From Selaginella moellendorffii (taxonomy: Eukaryota; Plantae; Lycopodiophyta), in NCBI RefSeq assembly GCF_000143415.4, contig NW_003314455.1, forward strand, positions 13,677-77,676: DNA of 64,000 nt. The letters run 5' to 3'. Below the pieces are notes generated by a model. The model did no database searches, was not told the origin of the DNA, and saw only the letters and a program-made list of their open reading frames with translations. The number at the start of each line of letters is the position of its first letter. Positions within the stretch are counted from its first letter, which is position 1. Shown piece by piece: positions 24,102-37,259 of this stretch. The translations under genes and the position numbers were made by a program.

Positions 24102-27100
24102 TCAGTTCAAAATCTGTGGTCTAGACTGGACAATTGCTACATTTCCGCTGCTGTACACACCTTCTATATCCTGTGTGATAAAAAAGATGAATCTTAAATT
24201 TTAATCAGTATGACAGTGCTTAGATTACCTGTGGCTGTCCATTGAATGCAGCCTCCACATTGATCCCGACTTGACAGACCGCTTTCAGAAGCTGACCGCG
24301 AAACTGATAGAAGAAAACAAGATGAGAAAATAGAACGAGGAAAACACACTCACAGCATGGTCCCATATGAGTCGTTCTTCGCTATAGTCTAGCACGACCT
24401 CCTTGGAGACATCTACGGTGACACTGTCATATCTGTCCATTCGCCCAACTAAAGGTTAGCTCCAGTGAAAAAGATATATATAGAGCTGTACTTACAGTCC
24501 AGCACCAGAAAAGCCTTCAAGATCTTCACCATTTGAATCCGATCGTGCGATGACCGTTCCTTCGGCTGCAAACAGTCCAACGCGCTTCGAAGGCAGTGAT
24601 AAAATCCTCGCTTCTACAAAAGTGGAGAGGTTCAGACAGGTTATCAGCCATGCTAACTGGTCCGCACCTTCCAGATTCGATTTAGGAACAGTGAAACTAA
24701 ATGCACTGCCCTTGTGATTCCCCACAAGGACCTCTCCCAGGCCTGGAACAATCTGCAGCTTCGAGATATGCTTGTCAAAAACCTCTCGTGGCCAAATATA
24801 AGTTACCTCACAGAACATCAATTCCGGGTCTTTTGCAATAGGATGCATTGTATGGATCACAAATGCATAGTCGGTTGCAATAACTTTCTGGATCAGACAG
24901 CCCATAAAAAGTGCCTCGTCAGGAATTCCATGAGCTCGCCTACTAAGCCTGGAAAGGAAAGACAAAGCTATAAGAGATTTCAACGATAGGACAAGAAGTT
25001 ACCATGCTCTATCAGTCCATTTACTTGACCACACTTGGCATATGGCTTGCCACGCTTTTTCCCAATTGTCCTCATTCTCCCATGCACCCGTCGGTATCAA
25101 ACCACAAGCCTCCGCTACACTGGTCACTTGTCGCTTCAGATCCTTGGGGACTGTCAGTTTAGTTCTGACAAGGCCCCGAATTCTAGCCAATTCGGTGGGA
25201 ATTCTGCATTTTAAAAAGCATTCACGCGAGATGTGAAGATTTACAAAGCTCACCTTTCTGAGTCAGTTGTTGCTTTCAACCTCTGTAATGAAAAGCCAAA
25301 GGGAGAATTCACTCCAGAATTGATAGGATCGTTCATAACGCTCTCAAAAACACCAAGGGGCAAAGCAATGGACGGAGGAAGCTGAAACAGAAATTTAACG
25401 TTATAAACAGCTTAAACCAAGTTTACCAAAACTGATTTGTCCAAGGCCTTTCTCATCATAGAGATCTTTATGGATTTTGCGCCAACTTTCCCTTCCTCAA
25501 ACTCGTCCTCTGACAGCACAAGTTTCTCCAGCTAGAGACAAGCGCATGAGGAAAATTGAGGTGTAAAGGAAGATAGACACAAACCTGGTAATTCTTTATG
25601 GAAGAAGTTTTAACGTGCGTAGTGCCTGTAGAAGAACAAAAATTTACTAAACATCAACGAGTATCAAAATGTACCCACAATTTTCGGCTTTGAGATCGTG
25701 TTCGGCACGTTCATCGCATTCAGAAACTAGAACTTGCCCTGAAGCACCAATGTTAACAAGAACATGTTGTCCTGACAAAACCTCACAGAGTGTCACGGCG
25801 TTGACTATAAAGCTTCTTACGGAATACCTGAGAAAGACTTCAGACTTCCAAACTCCTCGCTGCTAAAGCAGCTAGAGAGCAAAACCTGTTCACTAAAAGA
25901 ATGTAGTTAACTCCATCCTAAAAAAATACGTACCTGAGAATCTCGTGCACGAATTGCAACGTGGCTGAGCATATCAACAGTGCTCGCACACAGTACAGCA
26001 GTTACACCAACTGGTATGTCTTCCATGCCATCTACCTATATTATCTTGACAAAGCAAAGATCAGAAAAGAAACTCTCACCTTCTCTGTAAGAACAACATG
26101 TGGTTCCGAGTAAGTAAGACCTTGAATTGATGACAACGTTGGAAGGACCACGACCTTTCCAACCGCAGAAGGCTGATGGCTTACAACCTACAAGAACTAA
26201 AGTAAAACAAGAGAGAGAAAAACTTTCTAGAACGTGCACCTGCCAAGTGCTTAGTCCCGCAGTTCCACGAAGAATCGATTGCAATCTCTGTAGAAGGCCG
26301 GATATATTAAAGAGTACTTGTCCTCGTACAACCTATGTAGAGCACTAGTTACAAAATAGCGACAAATAGCTTACAACTTGCAAACCTCTTCACCGAAATT
26401 CTTTATGTAGCTTTCAGCAATACCACATGCTTTACCAAGAATTTCAGCATTCGGTTGTACAATCTTGTAAATGTGATCCATATAATCTGCAAGGCTCGCA
26501 ACAGTGAAAACTATGAACTTGCTAGAAAGACGAAAAAACCTTCAACCGAGAGTGCTATTCGATCAGCAGCGGACATAGCCAGCAGCGCCCAGGTTGATGT
26601 CCATCTCGGTTCTGCTTTCACCTGTACGTTCTTATCAACACAGAAGCTTGCAAATCGACAACGTGCATACTTTATTCCAGTATTTCAGGCACATGTTAAG
26701 CTCCTCACTTTCGGCATCGATGCAGCAGTTCTCAAGAACAAGAGATAGGAGCTCGCATAAGTCATCTCCTCTTAGCGCAGACTGAAACACGAGAGTTAGA
26801 ATTGGCATATAAAATTGGAGTTTTACCTTGTCAATCCGTCCAATAGAAAGCCCAAAAAAGTTGTTGAGAGCAATATCCAGCAGCATTACGTCCCTCTGCA
26901 CCAGACCTCCTCTCCATACTTTCTCAAGTTTCTTCCTGGCCTTGACAAGTTCTCCAGGTATCCACCTGTTCAAGCTTAAGTTGTAAACTAGCACTTGGAA
27001 TCACAAAGAAAATACAAACCAAGCATCCCGGTTGCCAAGTATATTGTAAATTATGCTCTTGGTCTCATCATCCAGGTACCCCTTGCTCATCTCAGCCATG

Positions 27101-29085
27101 ACATCCAGGTCCGCGCCAGAGTGAACGGTTTTCAAGATCCAAAGGAAATGCTGAATATGGAATAGCAATCAAAAACTTTAAGCCGTCAACAGTAAATGAA
27201 GAGAGCACCTGAAAAGCAGGAATCAGGTGGGGAAGATGGACAGGATGTCCAGTGATAGGATGATCCATCGTTTCTATCCATTCCTTGCTTATACGTCCGT
27301 TGTTCCTGAGTTATTTAACTATCAGAACGTTCGTCAAAAACTGGAACTCCAGACCATAGAGTTTGATAAAAATTGTCCATGTTATTTGTCCGTAAAAAGT
27401 GAAGGTAAGCCTGCATCTCACACACAAACCCACTGCGACATTGAACATGGATAAACACATTAGTACCTCACATATGTGTATGTCCTCTGAAGAAGTGTTG
27501 GTATGCAGCTTTTGATGCCACTGTTCTAGAAAATGATCTTCAATTCCTGGCCTTCACAACACCATTAAAACTTTGTCCTGGTTTCAGGTCAATAGAAAAC
27601 ATATAAGGATTGCATTGTTACCTATGTCCCTCGCGAATCCCGTTCTCTCGCATAATGTTTAATATTCTGCAAGCTAAAAGCTTAGTAAAGCATGCTGTTG
27701 GCCTAAGCAATCGTTTACCCCATTCGAATCTGGTCAGCATCCCCACCTCCACGGGGAAGTGTGGACAAGATCAGTCTTGCGAACTTTTTGATGGTAAGAT
27801 CTTTCCCACGGGCTGCTTTCTCAGCCATTAAGGACGCTAGCCGCTATATTGAAAGGAGAAAAGAAAACAAAAGAGCAGAAGTTAACGAAACATACGAACT
27901 CACTAGAGTCCGAAGGGTACCTCTTGGACATACGCAATATCCTTTGACTGATAATTGCATTTTCTGTACCATGTAAGCTGCAGACAAGCCATCAACGCAA
28001 AGAGGTTTTCAAACTTTGTGAGGCTTTAAGCACCTGTTTAAGTGCTGAAAAGCGCAGCCAAGTATACATGAATGCCATGCCATTAGCACCAATTTCCTCC
28101 GCCGCATCCACAAGCTCCGAAGCTAGGATAAACCGATTAAACAGGGACCAGTTATCAAAAGTGGTTTCTGATAAGATCACCTGTAAAGCTTTTATAAGAA
28201 CGAGTTACCAGACAAAGCCAAACTTCATGCCTGCTCCATAAGATCGTTGAGTTCAAAGCATTTCAAGGGAACTTGAAAACAACCGTTGTTGTTGTACCAA
28301 GCTCCATCAGTATCCTGCAAGAAAAGGCCATAAGAATGGTGTTTCATGGCAAGACGACTCACCTTTAGCACAAAAACGAGGCACCGAGGAACTTCCAGCT
28401 CGGGAATTTTCATGGAAATCTGCGACGATCAGGAACGAAGTTTAAAGCTTGGCAGCAAAACTTTGTCTCACCTCCCAGCTTCCAGACTCAGATCGAGTGA
28501 ACGGAGTCTCGATGGCTCTGTCAGTGACTTGAACAGTCCCACTGGGCCACCACGAAGCACTAGGAAGAGACCAATTATTCACAGCCCAGTGAAGAGTCTA
28601 GACGAAAAGAGAAAAAGAGTTAGAACCGAGAGCTCAAAACCAGAAGAAGATCTTACCAATCCTCCAAGAGGCGCGCTGAGAAGAACCTCGTAGAACGTCT
28701 CACTGAGCGCATCCTTCAGCGAGACGGTCACGGTCACGGCGCTCTCGGGCTTGAAAACGAACGTAAACGTCTCATCCACATGAGATTCCAGGTCCTGGAG
28801 GATGCTACACCTGTGACTAGTCGCCGACGCGCAAGCGGACACTTGCGCCTGGGCATCAATGCTGGTCATGGTCGATCCATAGGCCTGGGAGCTGCACTCG
28901 TCATCCACTGCCGAGCACACGCATCTCCCCGGCCTCTCTCGTGAGAGAACGATCGCGGCGCCGAAATTTCGCGCATTCTTGCCGTGGATTCTCAAAGAAT
29001 CGCCTGCCGCGACCGGATTTCCAGCGCGATTCGCTACAGCTCGCGAGAAGACGCTGCTCGGAGCATCGAACAGCGCTAGAGCCAT
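24102..29085 (-). CDS. GWD: Alpha-glucan water dikinase (GWD-type, divergent), plastid transit-like N-terminus, many exons
   Basis: Phospho-His motif VDMLSHVAIRARDS, WQAICQVWSSKWTDRA, IVPGLGEVLVG, RSDSNGEDLEGFSGAGL, C-terminus DIEGVY..IVQSRPQILN*. Confidence 0.92.
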
Positions 29086-29311
29086 GGGAAAACCTGAGCC
29101 CTAACCTCGGATTTGTGAGATTCACTGTAAGGAGACAATTTGGATCCCTGCGCCACGGCGACGTGTCCGATCCTTGTGAAGCTCCACCAAGGAATCTCGG
29201 TTAGCGCTCGAAGAACGAAATATTTAGATCAAGGAACTAGCCTTAGGTTAATTCAAAATTGGGCGGGAAAGCTCTCGGAGCAGAGATTAGGGTTTATCCG
29301 CGTCGCCGCCC

Positions 29312-30532
29312 ATGGTAAGCGCATTCTCACCTCGTTCTTCTTCGATCGCCCAGCTTGTCTTTGATCGCCGAGCTTGTCTCGTGATTTCTCTCAAGCATTA
29401 GCATTCTTTTCGAGATTTCTCGATCATTTCTCATCGATCTTTTGGGGATTTTGGCAGTCGAAGAAGCGAGGGCTTTCCTTGGAGGACAAAAGGGAGCAGC
29501 TCTTACAGATCTTTTACGAAAGCCAGGATTTCTATCTGGTAAGGTCCTCGATTGATAGCATTGGATGGATATGGATAAATTTTTCTAACGCTGCTCAGCT
29601 TCGTGAGCTCGAGAAGCTCGGCCCACGAAAGGGTGTGATCAGCCAGGCTGTCAAGGACGTGCTGCAAAGCCTGGTGGATGATGATCTTGTCTTCAAAGAT
29701 AAGATAGGCACCTCAGTAAGTCCTTAGGCCATTGTTTTCGAATGCCAGGTAATTTTTTTCTCAGGTGTATTTCTGGAGCCTTCCTAGTCGCGCAGGACAT
29801 CAGGTAATCAGGCACGACTGGAATTTTTCTTTGTTTTTTATAAGGTTTTTTTCTTTTTTTCTTTACTCCAGCTCCGCCAAGTTCGAGCAAAGCTCGAAGC
29901 TGACTTGTCTGCAACGAAGTCCCATCGGCTGGAGCTGGAAAAGATGAAGGAATCGTCCAAGATAGGAAGAGAAAACTCGGTAAGTTCACTATCTCGTCAC
30001 TTGAGTTTAATTCTTCTTTTAACGCTGCATTATAGGATGAGAGGGAGGCGGCAATAGCTGAGCTGAACGAAATGGAACAAGAACACAAAGCTTTGAAGGT
30101 GAACTAACCAACAATAACCTCTTGACATCTTAAGATCTTTGCTTTCCAGGATGAGCTCGAGCAATATGCGGACAATGATCCAGCTCTCTGCGAGAACATG
30201 AGTGAGTCGCTCTCATCCATGAAACCATTTCAAAGCTCATAGTTTATTTTCCAGAAAACGCCACAGAGATTGCTCATCAAGCGGTGAATCGCTGGACAGG
30301 TGAGTACTTGAAAAAAAAGAAAAAACTAAAGTAGCACTGAACCTCGTTCGTTGTTCTTTTCCATCCAGACAACGTCTTCTCTCTCCAGAATTGGTGCAGC
30401 AACAATTTCCCCGAGGCAAAAGAGCGGCTGCAATCAGTCTATAAAGAAGTAGGCAAGATATCTCGTGACAACTTTTTAACTTTTGCCTCTCCACAGGTGG
30501 GAATAAATGACGACTTCGATTACCTCGATTAA
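29312..30532 (+). CDS. MND1: Meiotic nuclear division protein 1
   Basis: M/[79 protein letters not shown]. Confidence 0.95.
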
Positions 30533-30615
30533 CAGATCCAAGGACAAGCTCTTCTTTGCGAGATCTGTGACTGTCAGTAAGTAAATGTGTTCTTAGATAA
30601 CTACACTGTGTGTTA

Positions 30616-32255
30616 TCAGATCAAGACACCCTTAGCTCTCGTGATGCTTTCTACGAGTCGATATATCCAGCGGTCAAGCATCCCTATCACCGCAAAAGCA
30701 TAAAGTGACGCAAAAGAAATATCATAAGATACGATACCTGTCAAAGAAAAGGTCCCGCCAACAATAGCACAGAATCGCGTAAGCAAATGTCCAAAGCTTC
30801 TCCTTTCCTCTTTGATTAACACCGTGATGGGCGATAAATCGTACAAGAAGTAGACCGCTGCTCCATCAAAAAATCACATCAAACGCGAACGAGGAAGAAG
30901 AAAAACAACCCAACCTGGCCAGCTTATGTCGTCGTCTCGAGCAGCTAAATAATACTCTCCCACTGAGAACTGATTTGTAGGAAGCTTTCCACCATTCAAG
31001 TATCTATACTCTGTTGGCACGATCTTTTCAAAGAACAGAAGCAAAGATTTGTCGCGTGCACGAGAATTGAAAAGACTACCTTGATGAAATACTTGAATGT
31101 GCCCGCGGTGTCACGTAAAATCCGCACAGTTCTATCCAGCGGGTTGTGAATCCCGGGATACTTTGGTCCGAACGAGAGATCGTTGATTATATGGCTCACG
31201 TTAACTTCCTTGACGCTGTGGAAGATCTGTAAGAACAGTGCCCGTAGAGCTTTTGATTCGATATATTTCCATTTGAACGAAAGAATCGATCGAAACTTGC
31301 CTGGCGCGCAACCTGGAGGCTCATCCCGTGCATGGAGATATGGAAGTTTCCCGCAACTCTTTCCACGTCTAGAACACCAAAAACCTGAGCAAGAACACAA
31401 AGGATAAAAGGAATAGACTTGGAAAAAACGAGTGTAAGATTTGTATTTACCCGGCAGCCTTCCCCATCTTGAAGTGCCTTGTTGATTTCGTTCACAACCT
31501 TTACGGCGCTCCGTAGTTCCTCATGCGAATGGAAAATGCCTGTGAGGTTATCTGAAACAAAAACCGGCAGAGAAGAATGATAAATCTATGAGCGCGAGAA
31601 ACAAACCATGGGCATGTTCCTTCTCAACAAGGTCTGATAGATACTCCGATCCCAAAATGTGACCGTCTTTGTGGAGACGAAGCTAGAGAAAATCGAAAAC
31701 AAAGTATAAGACGCGAGAGAAGAACTATAGAATTCACGGTTACCTTCCAAATGTTCGTGTCTAGATCAACTTCGTGTTTGCCAGACATGTCGATAGCATC
31801 CACGCTCAGAACTTAGAACAAGGAAATGTGAAGTTAGATCGTAAACTCATCAAAGAAGAGATTTTATTACTCTGGCAAGGCAGTGAGGGGAACGTAATGT
31901 TAATGTGAATTGGAAGATTTTGCCCGCGCGTCGTGTCTACCGACATCTGGTTTCCAAAAAGAATGATCAATCCTCCAAGCAAAACCAGAAGAAAGACCCA
32001 AACCTGGTGCACGACATTCGTCGAGAGATAGAACTTAAACTCGTACGCAAACAAAACGAGAATGATGCTCACTCCCACAATCGTCACTGAACGGAGAATT
32101 CGAAAAGAGAAGCTTAGCTCCGATCGAGGGAAGAGACACAAGAACTTCGAAAATTCGCCAGATCGGGACTTACAAATGGCTCCAGAGACCGTCTTCTGCG
32201 TGAGATGCTCATCCGCGTGCGCGAATGCGTTGATATTCTTCATCTTCAACCCCAT
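30616..32255 (-). CDS. ER-Golgi intermediate compartment protein (Erv41/Erv46/ERGIC family)
   Basis: NAFAHADEHLTQKTVSGA, EGCRVFGVLDVERVAGNFHISMHG, YDLSPITV..RFCAIVGGTF. Confidence 0.93.
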
Positions 32256-32376
32256 AGCTCAAGATCCTCAAAGCATTGCCCTGGCGATAAACCCTAGAAA
32301 AGATTTCTAGGGCTTGTTGGTTTTTACCCTTTGAAAGGGGTCAAACATTTTAAAACGCTCCTATTAGGGTTTTAGC

Positions 32377-33180
32377 ATGGCGTGCCATAGGGTTTCGTCG
32401 TTCGTCGCCCTGGGAGGCGCATTGGGGGGCCGCCATGGAGTTCCATCGCAGGTCAGTCGGAAACTCTTACTCCATCGACCGCGCATTCTTGTTTTGCTGC
32501 TCGATTCCTCCTAGATTTTGAGATATTTCACGCGAGCCTCACAATTTCTCGCCTCGAGCTCCCTCGCATTTCTCACTGACCGCTCGACTGTGCAGGATCA
32601 CATCTTCTTCCCTTGCTCCACCGCTCAATCCAGGCCCCGGAGCTTCGCCGGCTCCAAGAATCCCCGAAAATCTCCCTGCTGCTTCGCTCAGGCGGCGCAG
32701 CTCGAGGCCCTGGGCATCACCGAGACGGGGAAGTTCTCCATGAGCGACGACGATCTCTCCTCGCGGGGATTCCAGCTCCACAGGTCGCTCGACAACATCA
32801 ACCTCGACGATCTCAACGCGCTCTTCGTCAAGGTGGGCTTCCCTCGTCGCCAAAACGAGAAGCTTTTACGTGCTTTGGAACACACAGGGACCATGCTGTG
32901 GGTCACAAAGGCTGGCAGCGTCATAGCTTTCGCCAGGGCCACGGGCGACGACGTCTTTAACGCGATCATCTGGGACGTGGTGGTGGATCCAGCGTTCCAA
33001 GGGATTGGTCTGGGAAAAGCAGTGATGGAGAGGCTCATGGCCGACTTGACAAGGAAGGGAATCACCAACATCGTTCTCTATGCCGAGCCCAACGTTTTGG
33101 GATTCTACAAGCCGCTGGGATTCGTCGTGGACCCGGATGGGATTCGTGCGATGTCCCTGAGTCGCAGACGAAGAGCATAG
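32377..33180 (+). CDS. Plastid GNAT N-acetyltransferase (SNAT2/GNAT1-like), intron ~32452-32514
   Basis: AFARATGDDVFNAIIWDVVVDPAFQGIGLGKAVMERL, LYAEPNVLGFY. Confidence 0.9.
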
Positions 33181-33862
33181 GTCACCGGTAAGAAAAGGAA
33201 AACTCTTTTTAGTTTTGTAAGATCGGTTGTTCTCTACTGACAAATGGTGTGGCTGTTTGCAGTGCTCGAGAACTTGGCATTACTGGGCTTGCAAACTTAT
33301 GGTACGTGTTCAAGGATTGCAAAGCTGTCATTCTTGAGTTTTTCTTGCTCGGGACGTGATGTTGTAGTAAAAGGTCTGAGGACAGGTTTATCCTAGAGTG
33401 TCTAGGAAGTGGCCAAGTTGGATGGAGGACAGCTTTTGGAAATGCTCGAGTTTAGTATTTCACTATTGCAAGTCCTCCACAGTTTTATCTTGTTTAATTG
33501 CAGAAGGTTGAGAAAAAGGCGCAGGCTACTGGTAAAGATTAACCAGACGGCTTAGACTTTGCCTTCCACATTCTACTCGACTTTTGGCTTCCCTTGCACT
33601 TTGATGGATTGCTGTATCCTGTGACGCCTATCCTGACTGATCCCATTCTTTTTCTTCTTTTTACTTTTTATTTATTCCTTGTTTGTGTGTGTGTGTGCTG
33701 TTCTTTTTATATGTCTGTTCGTGTTGACGTGATGTACATTCTGTGATCATGGCACGATCATGCCGTATGACTTACAGGACATGTTCGGCAGAACCGTATA
33801 AAAGGAGCAGTCTTGCATGAAGTTGCATATCCAAGTTTTGGATTGCTTCCTCTCTCCTAGCT

Positions 33863-35283
33863 ATGGCTCGCTTGGTTGTGTTTGGATTGCTCGCGGCAAC
33901 TTTGTTTCTGTGCTTTCTAGCAGAAGCTCAAGCCGACGGATACGACTACAAGCCCGATGATAAGAAGGTTGCGTACAAGGAGGAGCCGGAGAAGGACGAG
34001 GAAGTGAAGAAGCCAGTGTACAAGCCAGAGGAGAAGCAGTACAAGCCAGAGGAGGAGAAGAAGTACAAGCCAGTCTACAGGGCCGAGGATGAGAAGTACA
34101 AGCCAGTCTACAAGGACGAGGATGAGAAGAAGTATGATGAAGACGACAACGATGACAAGGAGAACTACAAATACAAGCCACGCTACGAGGCCGATGACAA
34201 CGACGACAATGAAGATGATGAGGACGAGGAGTACTACAAGTTCAAGGCACACTTCAAGGCCGGTTACGGGCACAAGAAGTACAAGCCATACAGGTACAAG
34301 GCTGACGATGACGATGATGAGGACGAGGACGAGAAGCCACACTACTACAAGGCTGATGACGACGATGAGGAGGAGAAGAAATACAAGCCGCGCTACTACA
34401 AGGCTAAACCATACTACAAGGGCAAGCCATACTACAAGGCTGACGACGAGAAGAGGTACAGACCAGGTTACAAGGCTGAGGAGAAAAAGAAGTACAAGGC
34501 CGACGACGAGAAGAAATACAAGCCTGTTTACAAGCCAGTCTACAAGCCAGCTGAGAAGCCAGACTACAAGCCAGCTGAGAAGCCGGTTTACAAGCCTGCA
34601 GAGAAGCCCGCTGAGAAGCCAGTTTACAAGCCAGCTGAGAAGCCGGTTTACAAGCCAGTGGAGAAGCCCGCTGAGAAACCAGTTTACAAGCCAGCTGAGA
34701 AGCCGGTTTACAAGCCAGTGGAGAAGCCCGCGGAGAAGCCAGCTGAGAAGCCAGTTTACAAGCCCGCGGAGAAGCCCGTGGAGAAGCCAGCTGAGAAGCC
34801 AGTTTACAAGCCCGCGGAGAAGCCAGTTTACAAGCCATCGCCAGCGTACCAAAAGGTTGCTATCGAAGGTTTTGTTTACTGCCAAGATGGTTACTCTAAG
34901 AAGCCACTCGAAGGTATGCGTTTTTAATTCTCTTCACATCCTTTTTCCTTTTTCTGGTTATAATGTGAGTGAAATGTTTGATTCCAGGGGCTGTTGTCGG
35001 TTTGACATGCACCAAGAGCAAAGCTTATAAGGAGCAAAAGACCAACGCGTATGGCTACTTTTACTTTCCTCTCAGCTATGGCGCTTACAAGGACATTGAC
35101 GTGACAACGCTCAAGGTGAGCTTGGTTTCGTCCCCGAGCAAGAGCTGCAGCGTCATCACCAATCTCAACAATGGCAAATCTGGGGCCGTGGTTGACAAGA
35201 GCAAAAGCAAGACTGTTGGCGAAACTCTCATCTATGGTGTCGGGCCCTTCGCGTTTGCTCCTGTGGAGTACTACCATTATTAA
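33863..35283 (+). CDS. Secreted Lys/Tyr/Asp/Glu- and KPVYKPAE-repeat protein with C-terminal Ole e 1 domain (intron ~34914-34987)
   Basis: Signal peptide; repeats; [45 protein letters not shown]. Confidence 0.9.
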
Positions 35284-35466
35284 CTTCGATCGATTGTTAG
35301 AAATTTTTTTTCTCAAATTTCTTAATAAAAAAGTCTTTCGAGATTATTTAAAACTCTCTTCTGTGCACTGTTACGTGGCAAAATGTTTCGCCCATTCAAT
35401 GAATTATTTTTGGCATAAATTACATTCCATTTCAAAATAAATCCCAGGTTCCTGTCTTAAAAACGG

Positions 35467-35694
35467 AAATGAAAGCATATGCTAAAATATACTGGAATAA
35501 TAAATAATGTCAGAACATTTGCTGTCCATGGCCAACTAAGAAGCAACTAAATTAAACCAACTCTTACTGTTGAAATTACTGCTGAAATCTAAATAATTAA
35601 AATGAAAGCATATGCTAAAATATACTAGAATAATAAATAATGTCAGAACATTTGTTGTCCATGGCCAAGCAACTAAATTAAACCAACTCTTACT
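35467..35694 (+). repeat. ~100-bp duplicated unit in the promoter of the second Ole e 1 gene
   Basis: aaatgaaagcatatgctaaaatatact..aagcaactaaattaaaccaactcttact at ~35467 and ~35599. Confidence 0.9.
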
Positions 35695-35914
35695 ATAAAC
35701 CAGGTCAGAAATGTCATGCTTAGTGCTTACGTTCTCTCACGTTGTTCATCATGTCATGTCCAAGCACAAAGATCAATCCAGGTTGTAAAGTCGTCGAGGA
35801 TAGATCGTATAAGAAGCCGCATTCTCGTTGCGAATTGCAAGCATCAATCAACTGTCTCCTCTAGACTAGAAATCATCATTCAGAGAAAAGTTTAGAATCA
35901 TAGTAGTAGCTGCC

Positions 35915-37176
35915 ATGGCTCGCATCTTCCTTTGCGGCTTGCTAGCCGCAGCCATGCTCTTGTGCATGCTCGCAGGAGCCCAAGCCGATGGATCATACGA
36001 CTACAAGAAGCCATCCTACAAGGCCGATGAGGAGAAGTCCAAGCCAGCCTACAAGCCACAAGAGGAGAAGAAATACAAGCCCGAGGACAACTACAAGCCC
36101 AAGGAGTACAAAGCCGAGGAGGAGGAGAAGTACAAGCCCAAGGAGGACGAGAAGAAGAGCTACAAGCCGGAAGAGGAGAAGAAGTACAAGGCCGAGGAAG
36201 AGAAGAAGGGCTACAAGCCCGAGGAGGAGGAGAAGTACAAGGACGAGAAGAAGAGCTACAAGTCCGAGGAGGAGAAGAAGAGTTACAAGCCCGAGGAGGA
36301 GAAGAAGTACAAGGACGAGAAAAAGAGCTACAAGCCCGAAGAGGAGAAGGAGAGCTACAAGCCCGAGGAGGAGAAGAAGTACAAGGACGAGAAGAAGAGC
36401 TACAAGCCTGAAGAAGAGAAGAAGTACAAGGAGGAGAAGGAGAGCTACAAGCCCGAGGAGGAGAAGAAGTACAAGGACGAGAAGAAGAGCTACAAGCCCG
36501 AAGAAGAGAAGAAGTACAAGGAGGAGAAGAGCTACAAGCCCGAAGAGGAGAAAAAGTTCAAAGATGACAAGAGCTACAAGCCCGAGGAGGAGAAGAAATA
36601 CAAGGAGGAGAAGCCGGCTTACAAGCCCGTGGAGAAACCCTCATACAAGAAAGTTGACGACGATAAGAAGTACAAGAAGGTCGAGGAAGAGGAGAAGAAG
36701 CCATTCTACACTCCAAAACCAGCTTACAAGCGCGTCGCAATTGAAGGCTACGTCAATTGCCAAGATGGCTACTCCAAGAAGCCACTCGAAGGTATAATCT
36801 TTCACCTTATATCTCTAGATCTCTCGAAGTTTTCGTCTTGTTTTGATGTCGGGAGTGTTTTCCAGGTGCTGTTGTGAGCCTGAGCTGTGCCAAGAGCGAC
36901 GCCCCCCTGCAAGAGAAAACCAACGCGTATGGATACTTCTACTTCCCACTGGGCTATGGCGCGTACAAGGAAGTGGAAGTGGAAACCATCACAGTGAAAT
37001 TGGCTTCCTCCTCGAGCAAGAACTGCTACATTGCCACCAATGTAAACAATGGCAAATCCGGCGCCAAGATCGACAAGAGCAAGAGCAAAATCATCGGTGA
37101 GACTCTCGTCTATGAGGTCGGTCCCTTCGCGTTCGCTCCAGCGATACCAGCTTACAAATCGCCCTACCACGCTTGA
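35915..37176 (+). CDS. Secreted ([14 protein letters not shown])n repeat protein with C-terminal Ole e 1 domain (intron ~36792-36865)
   Basis: Signal peptide paralogous to the 33863 gene; same intron position after KPLEG; [19 protein letters not shown]. Confidence 0.9.
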
Positions 37177-37259
37177 CGCCCCAATTCTTTGATCTTGCAT
37201 AGAGGAATAAAAGCGGGAAAACATTTTTAAGATTGGATGCTCTGTTTTTAGGGTTTTTG

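Noticed and set aside
34510-34840. Regular 24-36-nt repeats resembling a CRISPR array
   Set aside because: In-frame coding repeats without unique spacers, in a eukaryotic gene
33917-36797. Long alternative-frame and antisense ORFs (322, 313, 269 aa) over the repeat genes
   Set aside because: Shadows of low-complexity repeats lacking stop codons; the K/E/Y frame has the signal peptide and splices to the Ole e 1 domain
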